From: a bacterium
GTDB lineage: Bacteria > UBA8248
Reading direction: 5' to 3'
Assembly (NCBI GenBank): GCA_965204535.1
Contig: CBDBEV010000001.1
Location: 1,312,001-1,376,000, forward strand
Length of the DNA stretch: 64,000 nt
Part shown: in pieces, positions 16,126 to 31,826 of the stretch
How the letters are laid out: each line of letters starts with the position of its first letter
Position numbering within the stretch: position 1 is the first letter of the stretch
Notes under the pieces: model-generated
Database searches by the model: none
Told to the model about the DNA's origin: nothing
The model's input: only the letters and a program-made list of their open reading frames with translations
Translations under genes and position numbers: made by a program

Positions 16126-17154
16126 TTAGCCTTCCAGCCCGATACGCGGGTCGACCACCGTATAGAGAATGTCGATCGCCAGGTTCAGGAGCACGTACAT
16201 CAACGCCATGGCCAGAACGAAACCCTGCACGGCGGCATAGTCCGAGGCGATGAGGGCCTCGATGGCGAACGAGCCGATGCCCGGCCAGGCGAAGACTTTC
16301 TCGACCAGAACGTTCGCCCCCAGCAGGAACGAGAACACCATCCCAAGCGTGGTGAGGACGGGGAGAATGGCGTTTTGAAAGGCATAGACCCACAGCACCG
16401 TCCGGCGCGACAAACCGCTCGCCCGCGCCGTGCGAACGAAGTCGCTCGAGAGAACCCCCAGCATCGCGGCCCTTGTCATCCGCGCGAGCGGGGCCAGGGC
16501 GAAAATCGCCAGTGTCGAGGCGGGGAGAATCATCTGGGAAAATGATGCGCGAAAGATATCCAAATCACCCGCGATGAGGCTGTCGATCAGGTAGAAACCC
16601 GTGACGTGTTCGGGGGCGATGTGGATGATGCTCAGGCGTCCGAGGGGAGCGGGCGAGAGTCCCAGCAGAAAATAGAAGATATAGACGAGGAACAACCCGG
16701 TGAAGAAGGTAGGCAACGAAACTCCGATGGTCACGACCAGCCGGCAGAGGTGATCGACGAGTGAGTTGGGCCGCGTGGCCGCCAGTATTCCCAGAGGGAT
16801 GGCGATGGCGACGGCGAGAAACAGGCCCATGAGCGTGAGTTCGAGCGAAGCCGGAAGGCGCGTGGCGAGTTCTTCCATGACGGGCTGGCCCGTGCTGATG
16901 GATTTGCCCAGGTCTCCGCGTGAGAGATTCTGGAGGTAGACCCAGAATTGCTCGGGCCAGCTCTTGTCGAGGCCCAGAGAGGCGCGTATCTCGGCGATGG
17001 ATTTCTCATCCGCCGCAGGCCCGGCGAAGAACACCGCCGGGTCGCCCGGCAAGGCTCGCGTCAGGATGAACGTCACCACGATGATGCCCATCACGACCGG
17101 CGCCGCCTGCAGGAGACGCCGGCCGATCAGGAGCAGGGAATCGCCTTTCATCAC
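16126..17154 (-). CDS. Dpp/Opp-family ABC permease (DppB-like)
   Basis: LPGDP, GDLGKS, DFVRTARASG, VEKVFAWPGIG, DPRI. Confidence 0.93.
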   Translation of the reverse strand: MMKGDSLLLIGRRLLQAAPVVMGIIVVTFILTRALPGDPAVFFAGPAADEKSIAEIRASLGLDKSWPEQFWVYLQNLSRGDLGKSISTGQPVMEELATRLPASLELTLMGLFLAVAIAIPLGILAATRPNSLVDHLCRLVVTIGVSLPTFFTGLFLVYIFYFLLGLSPAPLGRLSIIHIAPEHVTGFYLIDSLIAGDLDIFRASFSQMILPASTLAIFALAPLARMTRAAMLGVLSSDFVRTARASGLSRRTVLWVYAFQNAILPVLTTLGMVFSFLLGANVLVEKVFAWPGIGSFAIEALIASDYAAVQGFVLAMALMYVLLNLAIDILYTVVDPRIGLEG

Positions 17155-17200
17155 ATCGTCCCCCCCTTCAAAGGACGCACTGCATTGCTGCGAACCGGCT

Positions 17201-18862
17201 TCAGGCCTGTTTCGGCAGTTTCTTGAACGGCCTCACGTCGAGTTGACGGTGGAACCAGTACTCGTAACCTTCGATGTGCTTTTGCATGGCGACATCGAGA
17301 TAGGGCTGCCAGAGCGGGATGAGGGGAACGTCCTCAAAGGCGATTTTGATGAACGCCTTGACGCGCTCCGCGTAGCCGGGGCTGCCCACCGGCATGTGCA
17401 GGGTTTCGTCGACCAGCTTGTTCAGCTTCGGGTTGTCGTAGTTCATCGAGTTGAACAGGCGCTTGGGCTGGTAGGCCCAGAAGAAATAATACTCAGGGTA
17501 ATTCAGCCAGCCCCCGAAGTTCTTGAGGTGCATCGGGAGCTTTTTCTCGACGAGCGCCTTCGTCCGCCAGCCCGAGCCGGGGATCTTGTCGAGCTTCGCT
17601 TCAATCCCCACCTTGCCGAGCCCCTCCTGGATGAGGAGCGCCGTCGGCTCCGTCCAGTAGGCGAGCCCGAGGTTGAACGACAGCGTGACCTTGAAGCCCT
17701 CCGCGTAGCCGGCCTCCTTGAGCAGCGCCTTCGCCTTCTCCGGGTCGGTGTCGTAGGGGAAGGGCTGGGGCCACAGCGTGCCGGCGGGATCGGCGGATTT
17801 CGCTCCCCAAAGCGGCAGGCCGCGCTCATAGGCCGCCGCCTTGAATATCTTCTCATAGGGCATGGCGTAGGCCATCGCCTGGCGGACCCGCACGTCGGCG
17901 AAGGGCTTGAAGTTCAGGTTGAGACCTACGGCGTGGATGCAGTTCTCGATGGGGACTCCTGCGATCTTGAGCTTCTTGTTGCTCGTGAGCTCCTTGGTGT
18001 CTTTCGGCGGGAGATCGAGAGAGACGTCGGCGTCGCCCCGAAGCAGGAGGGCGCGGCGCGTGGAGGCGGACGCCACCTCGCGGACGATCACCCGCTTCAC
18101 GCCGGGCAGGGGACCCGACTTCCACTCGTCGTTGCGAATGTAAACGGTCTGCTGGCCGGGCTTCCAACGCCCCAGCTTGAAGGCCCCGCCCCCTTGCGGG
18201 TTCTTGTGCAGATACTCCGTCGCCCACGGGTCGGCCTTCGTGGCTTTGGCCTTTGCGGCGGCCGAATTGATGATGAGGGGTACGGGAACGCCCAGGTCGG
18301 GCAGCGTGAGCTTGCTCTTGCGGATGAAATTGATCTTGAAGGTGTACTTATCCACGGCGATGAACTGTTCGGGCTTGATGAGCGAGCCCGCCTTCATCTG
18401 CACGGCCGGAAAACCGCCGAGCGAGACCGCGCGGTCGAAAGACCATTTCACGTCATGGGCGGTGACCGGTTTTCCGTCGTGGAACTTGGCGTCTTTGCGG
18501 ATATTGAAGGTGACGGACATGCCGTCGGGCGCAAAGCTCCAGGACTCGGCCAGTTCCGGTTCGATCTTCTGATAGTCGTACATGACGTTGCCGTCGGGCA
18601 GCTTCTTGCGCCCATAGGTGACGAGGCGGTCGTAGATGTTCACGGCGACCTGATAGCTCGGACGGTTGGTTCCCTTCCTGTGGATGTCCATGCTGTTGGG
18701 GCCGTTACCGATCACGACCACGAGCGTGTCGCGGCCGGCGGCAGCCTCGGCGGGCAGGTATTTCAGGAGCGGCAACAACCCCGCCCCGGCGGCGGCACCT
18801 GCCCCGATTTTCAGAAAATCACGGCGCTTGAACTGCTTGTTATCCGGTACGTCCCTGTTCAT
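17201..18862 (-). CDS. Family-5 ABC substrate-binding protein with Tat signal
   Basis: KRRDFLK twin-arginine signal, PELAESW, FHDGKPVTAHDV, VRVRQAMAYA. Confidence 0.92.
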   Translation of the reverse strand: MNRDVPDNKQFKRRDFLKIGAGAAAGAGLLPLLKYLPAEAAAGRDTLVVVIGNGPNSMDIHRKGTNRPSYQVAVNIYDRLVTYGRKKLPDGNVMYDYQKIEPELAESWSFAPDGMSVTFNIRKDAKFHDGKPVTAHDVKWSFDRAVSLGGFPAVQMKAGSLIKPEQFIAVDKYTFKINFIRKSKLTLPDLGVPVPLIINSAAAKAKATKADPWATEYLHKNPQGGGAFKLGRWKPGQQTVYIRNDEWKSGPLPGVKRVIVREVASASTRRALLLRGDADVSLDLPPKDTKELTSNKKLKIAGVPIENCIHAVGLNLNFKPFADVRVRQAMAYAMPYEKIFKAAAYERGLPLWGAKSADPAGTLWPQPFPYDTDPEKAKALLKEAGYAEGFKVTLSFNLGLAYWTEPTALLIQEGLGKVGIEAKLDKIPGSGWRTKALVEKKLPMHLKNFGGWLNYPEYYFFWAYQPKRLFNSMNYDNPKLNKLVDETLHMPVGSPGYAERVKAFIKIAFEDVPLIPLWQPYLDVAMQKHIEGYEYWFHRQLDVRPFKKLPKQA

Positions 18863-19177
18863 GCTCGTCTCCTTCGTTGTGCCCGGCGGTGCGGGCTCTG
18901 GGAAAATAGTGACCTGTACGGATGAAGATTCGAGCCGATTGAACGCTGCCGCCCCATTGCTGCATACATCAGGCTACGGGCAAGACGTGTCTTGCAGGTT
19001 TCGTGATAGTTAATTGCGGGTTTCCGATTTGTTTCCTGAATGTTTCCTGGATGTCGTGGATATCCCATGATATGGCGTAATTATGCGATTATAGGCACAA
19101 AATGTTGTGGTTATCACTTGACAACTCCCCCTGAATGCGGGACATTGGACGGCGACGGGCAACAACACGAGGACCCC

Positions 19178-21055
19178 ATGAGAAAAGAATCCCGAATACG
19201 CATACTTCCCGAATCGCTCGCGAACCAGATCGCCGCGGGCGAGGTGGTGCAGCGCCCCGCCTCCGTCCTCAAGGAGTTGGTGGAGAACAGCATCGACGCG
19301 GGCGCCGAGCGGGTGGAAATCGACCTGGAATCGGGCGGCGCGGCGCGCGTTCAGGTGGTCGACGACGGGCACGGCATGAGCGAGGACGACGCGCTCTTGT
19401 GCCTGGAGCGCCACGCGACGAGCAAGATAGCCACGGATTGGGACCTGGGCCGCATCGCCACGCTGGGTTTCCGGGGCGAGGCGCTGCCGAGTATCGCCGC
19501 GGTCTCGAAGATGGCCATCACCACCAGAAGGCCGGAGGACGCTCTGGGAACGGAAGTACGCATGGAGGGCGGCAAGCTCCAGCGCGTCACCGAGATGGGC
19601 GCCGCGCCCGGCGCGAGGGTCGAGGTGCGCTCGTTGTTTTTCAACGTGCCGGCGAGGCGCAAGTTCCTGAAACGTAAAGAGACCGAGCTCGCCCGCTGCC
19701 TGGAAGTGGCGAATCAGGCGGCCATGGCGAACCCGAACGTCTCGTTCGTCCTGCGCCACGGGAAGAGGACGCTGCTCGACCTCGACGCCTCGGGAGGGCT
19801 CATGGCGCGCGCGGCGCAACTCGTGGGCGAGGCGGCGGCCTCCCATCTGCTCAAGATTCCCCGCGCCGCGTCTGGGAACATGACGTTCAGCGGCTGGGCG
19901 GGCGCGCCCGGGCTGAACCGCTCCACGCGCGACGCGCAGTATCTGTTCGTGAACGGACGCCCCATCCGGGACCGTCTTTTCGTCCACGCGGCGTATGCGG
20001 CCTACCGCAGCTTCCTGCCGGTGAAGCGCCACCCCGTCTTCATCCTCTTTCTGGACATGCCGCCCGAGGACGTGGACGTGAACGTCCACCCCGCCAAGCA
20101 GGAGGTGCGCTTCCGCTTCGCGTCGAGCGTCTACGATCTCGTGCGCGACAGCGTCGCCGCCGTGCTGGGCGCGCGGCCCGAAAGAGTGCGGCGCGATTTC
20201 GCCCATCAGGGAGTGAGCCAGGCGGCTCCGGGTGCTGCCGCAGAGGAAGGCGCCGCGCCGGCCCTGCTGGGCGGCGGGGGATATTTTGGCGATCGCGCCG
20301 CCGCCGGGGATTACGGCGCCACCCCGGATGAGTCCGCATCCGGCGCGCAGCGCCCCGAATCGGACCCCGAGGCGATGGACCCCGCTCCGCCTGCGCCCAT
20401 GACCCCGCCCGAATCGACGGCGCCCTCGCCGATCGAGCGCATGCTCGAGCCGCCCCACCCGGCGGACCCGGTGGTTCTTTCCCAATGCCGCTACCTCGGG
20501 CAGTGGGAGGAGTGCTTCTTGTTGTTCGCCTCCTCGCAGGGTCTGGTGCTCGTCGATCAGCACGCCGCGCACGAGCGGGTGCTCTACAACCGCTTCCGCG
20601 ACCAGTTCCGGGAGGGCCGCGTGGACACTCAGGCGTGTCTCGTGCCCGAGGAGATTCGCCTCCGGCCCGAGGAGGCGCTGAGCATCGAGGCGCATCACGA
20701 CGATCTGCTGCGCTCGGGCTTCGAACTAGAGTGCGCGGGCCCCGGCGAATACCGGATTCAGGCCGTGCCCGCGCTTATTGCGGACCGCGATCCCGCAGGC
20801 GCAGTGCGCCAGATCGTGGAGGGTCTGGCGGATATGGAGCAGCCCGTGAGCTTCGCGGATCTTATCGACGGCATCATCGCGAGGATGAGTTGCAAGGGCG
20901 CGGTGAAGGCGGCGCAGGCCATGCGGCCCGAGCAAGTGGCCGCCCTCGTCGAGGAACTCGAGAAAACGCCGGGCAGATGGACCTGTCCGCATGGGCGGCC
21001 CGTCATGCTCGTGATGGGCGCAGACCCCGTGAGAAGGCGCTTTTTGCGAAGCTAA
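19178..21055 (+). CDS. mutL: DNA mismatch repair endonuclease MutL
   Basis: ANQIAAGEVV, ELVENSIDAG, GFRGEALPSI, DVNVHPAK, DQHAAHER, CPHGRP. Confidence 0.97.
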   Translation: MRKESRIRILPESLANQIAAGEVVQRPASVLKELVENSIDAGAERVEIDLESGGAARVQVVDDGHGMSEDDALLCLERHATSKIATDWDLGRIATLGFRGEALPSIAAVSKMAITTRRPEDALGTEVRMEGGKLQRVTEMGAAPGARVEVRSLFFNVPARRKFLKRKETELARCLEVANQAAMANPNVSFVLRHGKRTLLDLDASGGLMARAAQLVGEAAASHLLKIPRAASGNMTFSGWAGAPGLNRSTRDAQYLFVNGRPIRDRLFVHAAYAAYRSFLPVKRHPVFILFLDMPPEDVDVNVHPAKQEVRFRFASSVYDLVRDSVAAVLGARPERVRRDFAHQGVSQAAPGAAAEEGAAPALLGGGGYFGDRAAAGDYGATPDESASGAQRPESDPEAMDPAPPAPMTPPESTAPSPIERMLEPPHPADPVVLSQCRYLGQWEECFLLFASSQGLVLVDQHAAHERVLYNRFRDQFREGRVDTQACLVPEEIRLRPEEALSIEAHHDDLLRSGFELECAGPGEYRIQAVPALIADRDPAGAVRQIVEGLADMEQPVSFADLIDGIIARMSCKGAVKAAQAMRPEQVAALVEELEKTPGRWTCPHGRPVMLVMGADPVRRRFLRS

Positions 21056-21088
21056 AAGTCGATTTTTCACGCGAAGCCGGTAACGCTC

Positions 21089-21117
21089 TTGACACCCGCG
21101 CCCGCGCGCAACACAAT
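21089..21117 (+). promoter_or_regulatory. sigma70 promoter for guaBA
   Basis: TTGACA-N17-CACAAT. Confidence 0.65.
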
Positions 21118-21228
21118 GGCGAGGCAAGAAAAAGGAGGGCCATCGAGGGAGGCCTCTGATGCCGCATCCTTTTGAAGCAGCCTTTCGGTCCCGATTTCTT
21201 GCAAAAGCCATCGCCCGTCGGTGGCTGA

Positions 21229-22854
<1,626 letters not shown>

Positions 22855-23091
22855 CAGATAGAGCGTCATCCGGTGCGGCGCCCGTCGGCGCCGCGGCGGG
22901 TGGGGATAGGCGCCCGCTCCGCGTGGGCGCTTCGTCCGGCGCCCGCAAGGACGGCCGCGCCGGTTTTCGAGGGATGCGGGGTCCAGGTTCATTCATCCGG
23001 CGCGTGAAATGCCGGCCGACGGCCCGGCCGGGAGCGGGCCCGAGAGGGGAGGGGGGTGAGGCGGTTCGTTTCGCCTCGGCCTGAACAGAAG

Positions 23092-24621
23092 ATGCGCGAT
23101 CAGATACTCATCCTCGATTTCGGCTCGCAGTACACGCAACTCATCGCCCGGCGCGTGCGGGAGTTGAACGTGTATTGCGAGATACAGCCCTGCACACGCG
23201 ACTGGCGCGAGATTACGGGTCCGCACACCAAGGGCGTCATCCTCTCGGGCGGGCCGAGCAGCGTGTACGATAACGGCTCTCCCTCGGTCGACCCCTCGCT
23301 GTTCGAGAGCGATTTCCCCATCCTGGGGATTTGCTACGGCATGCAGCTCATGACCCACCTTCTCGGCGGAAAAGTCGGTCCTTACGCCAAGAGGGAATTC
23401 GGACGCGCCGAAGTGGTGATTGAGGATCCCGTCGGCATCTTTCTCGGTTCTCAGGGCAACGAGACCGTCTGGATGAGCCACGGGGACACGATAGAAGCGC
23501 CGCCGCCCGGCTACAGGTCGCTCGCGCGCTCGGAGGGTTCCCCCGTGGCGGCGATGATGTCCGAAGACGGGCGGCGCTACGGCATCCAGTTTCACCCCGA
23601 AGTGGCGCATACCCCGCGCGGCAAGGAGATTCTCCATAACTTCGTGCACCGGATTTGCGGGTGCGCGGGCGATTGGACGATGCACTCCTTCATCGAGGAG
23701 GCGGTCGGGCGCATCAGGAGCCAAGTCGGGGACAGGCGCGTGGTGTGCGGCCTCTCGGGCGGCGTCGATTCCTCCGTCACGGCGATGCTCGTCAAGGAGG
23801 CGATAGGCGAGCGGCTCACCTGCATCTTCGTGGACAACGGCCTGCTCCGAAAGGACGAGGCCGAGCAAGTGGTCGCGACCTTCGGCGAAAGGCTCAAACT
23901 CGTGCACGTGGACGCGAGCGGGGAGTTTCTGAGCGCGCTGCGCGGCGTGACGCACCCCGAAGCCAAGAGAAAGAGAATCGGCGAGATATTCATCCGCGTG
24001 TTCGAGCGCGAGGCGGGGCGGCTGGGCGACGTGAAGTTCCTCGCCCAGGGGACGCTCTACCCCGACGTCATCGAGAGCGTCTCGTTCAAGGGTCCCTCGG
24101 CGACCATCAAGAGCCACCACAACGTGGGCGGGCTGCCCAAATGGATGCGGCTCGCGCTCATCGAGCCCCTGCGCGAGTTGTTCAAGGACGAGGTGCGCGA
24201 GGCGGGCCAGGAGTTGGGACTGCCCCGCGAGATGCTCTGGCGGCACCCCTTCCCGGGGCCGGGGCTGGCCGTGCGCGTCCTGGGCGAGGTGACGGAAAAA
24301 CGCGTGAAGACCTTACAGGATGCGGACGCCATTTTCATCGATACGCTCCGCAAGCACGATCACTACTACAAGGTATGGCAGGCGTTCGCCGTATTGCTGC
24401 CCGTCAACACCGTGGGCGTGATGGGCGATGCGAGAACGTATGAGAACGCCCTCGCGCTGCGGGCCGTCACCAGCCAGGACGGGATGACGGCGGACTGGGC
24501 GAGGCTTCCTCCCGATTTGCTCGCCGAGGCCTCCTCGCGCATCATCAACGAGGTGCGCGGCGTGAACCGCGTGGTCTACGACGTCTCCTCCAAGCCGCCG
24601 GGCACGATCGAGTGGGAGTAG
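23092..24621 (+). CDS. guaA: GMP synthase (glutamine-hydrolysing)
   Basis: [49 protein letters not shown]. Confidence 0.98.
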   Translation: MRDQILILDFGSQYTQLIARRVRELNVYCEIQPCTRDWREITGPHTKGVILSGGPSSVYDNGSPSVDPSLFESDFPILGICYGMQLMTHLLGGKVGPYAKREFGRAEVVIEDPVGIFLGSQGNETVWMSHGDTIEAPPPGYRSLARSEGSPVAAMMSEDGRRYGIQFHPEVAHTPRGKEILHNFVHRICGCAGDWTMHSFIEEAVGRIRSQVGDRRVVCGLSGGVDSSVTAMLVKEAIGERLTCIFVDNGLLRKDEAEQVVATFGERLKLVHVDASGEFLSALRGVTHPEAKRKRIGEIFIRVFEREAGRLGDVKFLAQGTLYPDVIESVSFKGPSATIKSHHNVGGLPKWMRLALIEPLRELFKDEVREAGQELGLPREMLWRHPFPGPGLAVRVLGEVTEKRVKTLQDADAIFIDTLRKHDHYYKVWQAFAVLLPVNTVGVMGDARTYENALALRAVTSQDGMTADWARLPPDLLAEASSRIINEVRGVNRVVYDVSSKPPGTIEWE

Positions 24622-24657
24622 AATAAGACAAGAAAAGTCAATGGATTAAGCAGAAAT

Positions 24658-25407
24658 TCACTTTTTCTTCCTCTCCACCAGCCATATCTTGTCGACATCC
24701 AGGATGGAGATTCTTTCGCCGGCGGCCTCTTCGTCGCCGGGCCGGTATATTCCGAACTTGAAATGCGGCTCTCCGCATGACTCAACAGCAAAATCTCCCT
24801 CGTCTACGATCTTTTCTGCATTGAAATACAGGCTGTAATACGATTCCGTTAAATAAACCTCAAGCTTCACGTCTATCCATTTCCCCAGAACCTCATCGAT
24901 GTGGACCTTTCTCGTAAAACGCTCGTTCGAGATTTTGCTTATCAGGCGGCCGGTCGAAAATTTGAACATCAAGGGAGGGCCGACTCTGCAACCTTTGACG
25001 CTTTGGTGCATTTGAAAAAAGTCTTCTCTTTCGTAGGTAAATCCCTTCACGAACCGGACCCTGAAGGTGAGCGTATAGTCCGTATCTTTTTTCAAGGTGG
25101 TCGTCTGTTTTATTTCCGCCCGCTCCCAGTATGGCGCGCCGTGCCTGGCCCCGGCATCGGTGCCGCATCCTCCCACCTGTTTGTTTTTCAGTGTAAAGCG
25201 CAGGAAGGTCTCTTTTCCCTCCGTTACCCATCTTGCGGAAGAGGATTCCGGGAGACCGCAGTTGTCGTAAAACTCGACGTTCCAGTCCTTGTCCTGGTAA
25301 GTCGTTCTTCCGCCCGTGTCGAAATACCCGGCGGATGAAATCCCGTCTGATGAAGTTTTACATCCCGCCAAAAAGACGATAATAATCAGGAGCAGGAATT
25401 TGCGCAT
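24658..25407 (-). CDS. Lipoprotein, polysaccharide-lyase-like jelly-roll fold
   Basis: Lipobox LAGC; WERAEIK, FFQMH and FKFGIYR resemble the conserved strands of PL7/heparin-lyase-like families; lower GC. Confidence 0.65.
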   Translation of the reverse strand: MRKFLLLIIIVFLAGCKTSSDGISSAGYFDTGGRTTYQDKDWNVEFYDNCGLPESSSARWVTEGKETFLRFTLKNKQVGGCGTDAGARHGAPYWERAEIKQTTTLKKDTDYTLTFRVRFVKGFTYEREDFFQMHQSVKGCRVGPPLMFKFSTGRLISKISNERFTRKVHIDEVLGKWIDVKLEVYLTESYYSLYFNAEKIVDEGDFAVESCGEPHFKFGIYRPGDEEAAGERISILDVDKIWLVERKKK

Positions 25408-25604
25408 TTTTCTCTCTTTTCATCGAGTATCCAGGGTGGGAATACAATCCTGAATTTTACATGTCTTGGATGAAAATGCAAGAAAACGATGGAGTGGTTA
25501 TAGATGTAATGCTTTTATATTCAATTAGTTACAATAAACGTCCCGTTCTTTCCTTTGTGTGACTTGTCGCCGTGTCTAAAGTGTTCCAGAGGAGTCGGCA
25601 GAAT

Positions 25605-25883
25605 ATGTATCGCAAATTCAAGACCTCGCACGCCGTGGTTCCGCTCATTTTCTTGGGTTCGCTTCTCCTGGGAGCGAGCGCCCATGCCCATGAGGCGGAT
25701 TATCCCCACCTGCACATCGCCCAAAGCGGCCACGGGGAGAAAGGCCATGGGCATCGGATGAGCAGGCCCGACGGGCATGAGATGAAACGAACCGACGGGA
25801 CGAAGAAGGTCAGTGGCGCGATGAAGCGCTCCGAGGAGGCGCTTCCCGAGAACTACAAGAACCCGCTGGACGCGGGGAACTGA
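25605..25883 (+). CDS. Small secreted His-rich protein (possibly truncated)
   Basis: RBS GAGGAG, signal peptide ending AHA, HLHIAQSGHGEKGHGH. Confidence 0.5.
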   Translation: MYRKFKTSHAVVPLIFLGSLLLGASAHAHEADYPHLHIAQSGHGEKGHGHRMSRPDGHEMKRTDGTKKVSGAMKRSEEALPENYKNPLDAGN

Positions 25884-25887
25884 AGCC

Positions 25888-26253
25888 TTGCTCATCTGGA
25901 CGCATTTCATTCTGGCCGTTTCGGCGATAGGGCTCGGCGCCGTCAATCTCGCGTCCGCGAAGGGAACGCCCAGGCACCGGGTCATCGGCTGGTGCTGGAT
26001 GGTCGTGATGACCTACGTCACGGTCTCGTCTTTCTGGATACGCGAGCTCAACGACGGCGCGTTCAGCTGGATACACCTGCTGACGGTCTGGACGATGATT
26101 TCCATGGTGGCCGCCATCGTCTCGATACGCCGCGGCAGGGTGAGAACGCACGCGGCGTTCATGACGGGCACGATGATAGGCGCCCTCATTGCGGGCGGGT
26201 TTGCCATGATGCCCGGCCGGTTCATCAGCCACCTGTTCGGGTACGGCGGGTGA
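25888..26253 (+). CDS. DUF2306-like membrane protein
   Basis: KGTPRHRVIGW, FSWIHLL, H...M, F...PGR; four hydrophobic segments. Confidence 0.75.
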   Translation: MLIWTHFILAVSAIGLGAVNLASAKGTPRHRVIGWCWMVVMTYVTVSSFWIRELNDGAFSWIHLLTVWTMISMVAAIVSIRRGRVRTHAAFMTGTMIGALIAGGFAMMPGRFISHLFGYGG

Positions 26254-26430
26254 AGTCGCGGGCGGGAATGCGTCTTCCCTCGGTAAGCAGCGGGGGATAT
26301 GGCGGCGGCGGGCTTCAAGCGAGAGGCAGAAAGAAGTAAACTGAAAGGGCTTCACCGTAAGCAGTAAGCCGATAAGAGCAGGCCAGTATTAAAGTACGCC
26401 CCTATTAAAATCCGCCCCCGGGGAATCGAC

Positions 26431-29854
<3,424 letters not shown>

Positions 29855-29862
<8 letters not shown>

Positions 29863-30556
29863 ACCCTCCATCGGAGCCGCCTTCCTGGGGCGGGTGGGGT
29901 TCCACGAGGCCTGGGACTTGCAGAAACGCCTGTGGACCGAGCGTGCCGAGGGCCGCCTCGGGGAGGACGTTTTTCTCTTTCTGGAGCACGACCCGGTGAT
30001 GACGCTGGGCAAGGGGGGCAGCGAGGCGAACGTGCTTCTCAGGCGCTCGCCCGTCGACGGCGCGGAGGTTCCCCTCGTGCGGATCAACCGGGGCGGCGAG
30101 GTGACCTTTCACGGTCCGGGCCAGTTGATGCTCTACGCCATTTGCGACCTGCGCGAGTGGGAGCGCGACGTGCACCTCCACTGCAGGAGGCTCGAGGAAG
30201 TATTTCGGCGCTATCTGGAGAAGAAGGGGTTTCATGCCGAGAGAAGACCGGGGAATCCGGGCCTTTGGGTGAATGACGAGAAAATTCTCGCTTTGGGCGT
30301 CGGCGCGAGACGCTGGGTGACGATGCACGGGGTTTCGTTCAACGCATCGCCGGATCTCAGATATTTCGAGATGATGTACCCATGCGGCGAGGTGGGCGGA
30401 CGCACGACTTCCCTCGAAAAACTCCAGGGAGGTTCGCCGCCGTTGCCCGAACTCGCGGGGGATTTGATCCCCGTTTGCGCGGAAGTGTTCGATGCGCACA
30501 TCACGATGGAAACCGACCCGGCGCGGGTCACAGGAGTTCTCCCCGGTGTTTCATGA
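29855..30556 (+). CDS. lipB: Lipoyl(octanoyl) transferase
   Basis: LEHDPVMTLG, RGGEVTFHGPGQL, KILALG, HGVSFN, PCG; start approximate. Confidence 0.93.
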
Positions 30557-31370
30557 ATCCAGAAATTCGAGTCGCGGAAAGTGGGCTTTCGCTGCGAGCC
30601 TGACGGGTGTTTTCCTGTTGCTCGCCGCAGCGCAGGCGTTCGCGGCCACGAGCTTCGCCGAATGGGGCTTTACGACCAAGGCCTGGGATCTCCTGAAGAA
30701 AGGGGGCTATACGATGATCCCCCTGGGGCTGTGCTCGGTCGTCGCGCTCATGGTGACGCTCGAGCGGCTCGTTTCTCTCAGGCGAAAGAAAGTCCTGCCC
30801 GATGCCCTGGTGAGCGCTTCGGAGAGATACTGGCGGGGTGGTGATTTCGAGGGAGCCGCCGGCGTCTGCGAGCGGTTCGACTCACCGCTCGCGCGCGTGC
30901 TCAAGGCGGGGCTGGCGCGGAGGAGGCTGGGGATCGGCGAGATGGAGCGCGCCATGGTCGGCGCGGGCCAGCACGAATCGACCGTCTTGTCGCGCAACCT
31001 CCGCGGTCTGGGCGTCATCGCGAACCTGGCGCCGATGCTGGGCCTTTTCGGCACCGTCGTCGGCATGATTCGCGCCTTTGACGTCATCAGCCGCGCTGGG
31101 ACGGGAAACCCGAATCTCGTGGCGGAGGGGATATCCGAAGCGCTCTTGACGACGGCGGCGGGCCTTATGATCGGCATTCCGGCTCTAGCGGCGTATCACT
31201 TTTTCCGCTCGCGCAGCGGCCGCCTCCTGTTCGAGATGGAATCGGTCGCTCTGGCGCTTTTGCAGAGCCTGGCGGCGCAATCCGGCGAACCCGGCGGGAA
31301 CACGAATGATGCGCTCCAGGACGAGGCGCAAGGACTGGAGAGCGTGAGACCGCAGGGCGAGGATATGTGA
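30546..31370 (+). CDS. MotA/TolQ/ExbB proton channel protein
   Basis: APMLGLFGTVVGMIRAF, GISEALLTTAAGL; GTG after AGGAG. Confidence 0.92.
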   Translation: MFHESRNSSRGKWAFAASLTGVFLLLAAAQAFAATSFAEWGFTTKAWDLLKKGGYTMIPLGLCSVVALMVTLERLVSLRRKKVLPDALVSASERYWRGGDFEGAAGVCERFDSPLARVLKAGLARRRLGIGEMERAMVGAGQHESTVLSRNLRGLGVIANLAPMLGLFGTVVGMIRAFDVISRAGTGNPNLVAEGISEALLTTAAGLMIGIPALAAYHFFRSRSGRLLFEMESVALALLQSLAAQSGEPGGNTNDALQDEAQGLESVRPQGEDM

Positions 31371-31771
31371 TGCGCTTTCAGGGCGATTCGGAAGAAGACT
31401 ACAGCCTCCAGCTCACCTCGCTCATAGACGTCGTTTTCTTGCTCCTCATCTTTTTCATGGTTTCGACCTCTTTCGTGGATTTCACCCGCAGGCTCGACAT
31501 CGAATTGCCCGAAGCCAAATCGAGCGCCGAGGTGGTGGAGAAAAAATCGTTTCTCATCGAGGTCGGCGTGGAGAAGCGAATCACCCTGAACGGAAAAACG
31601 GTGCTGCTCGATGACCTCGAAAGCCGGTTGAAGGCGGGCGTCGAGAGCGGGAAGTTCAAGCCCTCCCTCACGATCAAGGCGGACAAGCGCCTCGATTACG
31701 GCTATGTGATCAAGGTAATGGGCCTCATCTCCGTGGCGGGCGTTCGGGACATCTCGCTGGCCACGAAATAG
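31370..31771 (+). CDS. ExbD/TolR family protein
   Basis: LTSLIDVVFLLLIFFMV, IELP, IKADK. Confidence 0.92.
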   Translation: MRFQGDSEEDYSLQLTSLIDVVFLLLIFFMVSTSFVDFTRRLDIELPEAKSSAEVVEKKSFLIEVGVEKRITLNGKTVLLDDLESRLKAGVESGKFKPSLTIKADKRLDYGYVIKVMGLISVAGVRDISLATK

Positions 31772-31826
31772 CGCTGAAGCGGGTTTCAAGCGGTCAAGCG
31801 GGGTGTGAAACATCCGGCATGTTTTC

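Noticed and set aside
22855-23091. GC-rich hairpins between guaB and guaA as an ncRNA
   Set aside because: Short stems are expected at this GC content; no recognisable motif or promoter.
25421-25445. Degenerate copy of the guaA 3' end (ATCGAGT...GTGGGAATA) as an att site
   Set aside because: Needs an internal gap and gives only short matches; could be chance.
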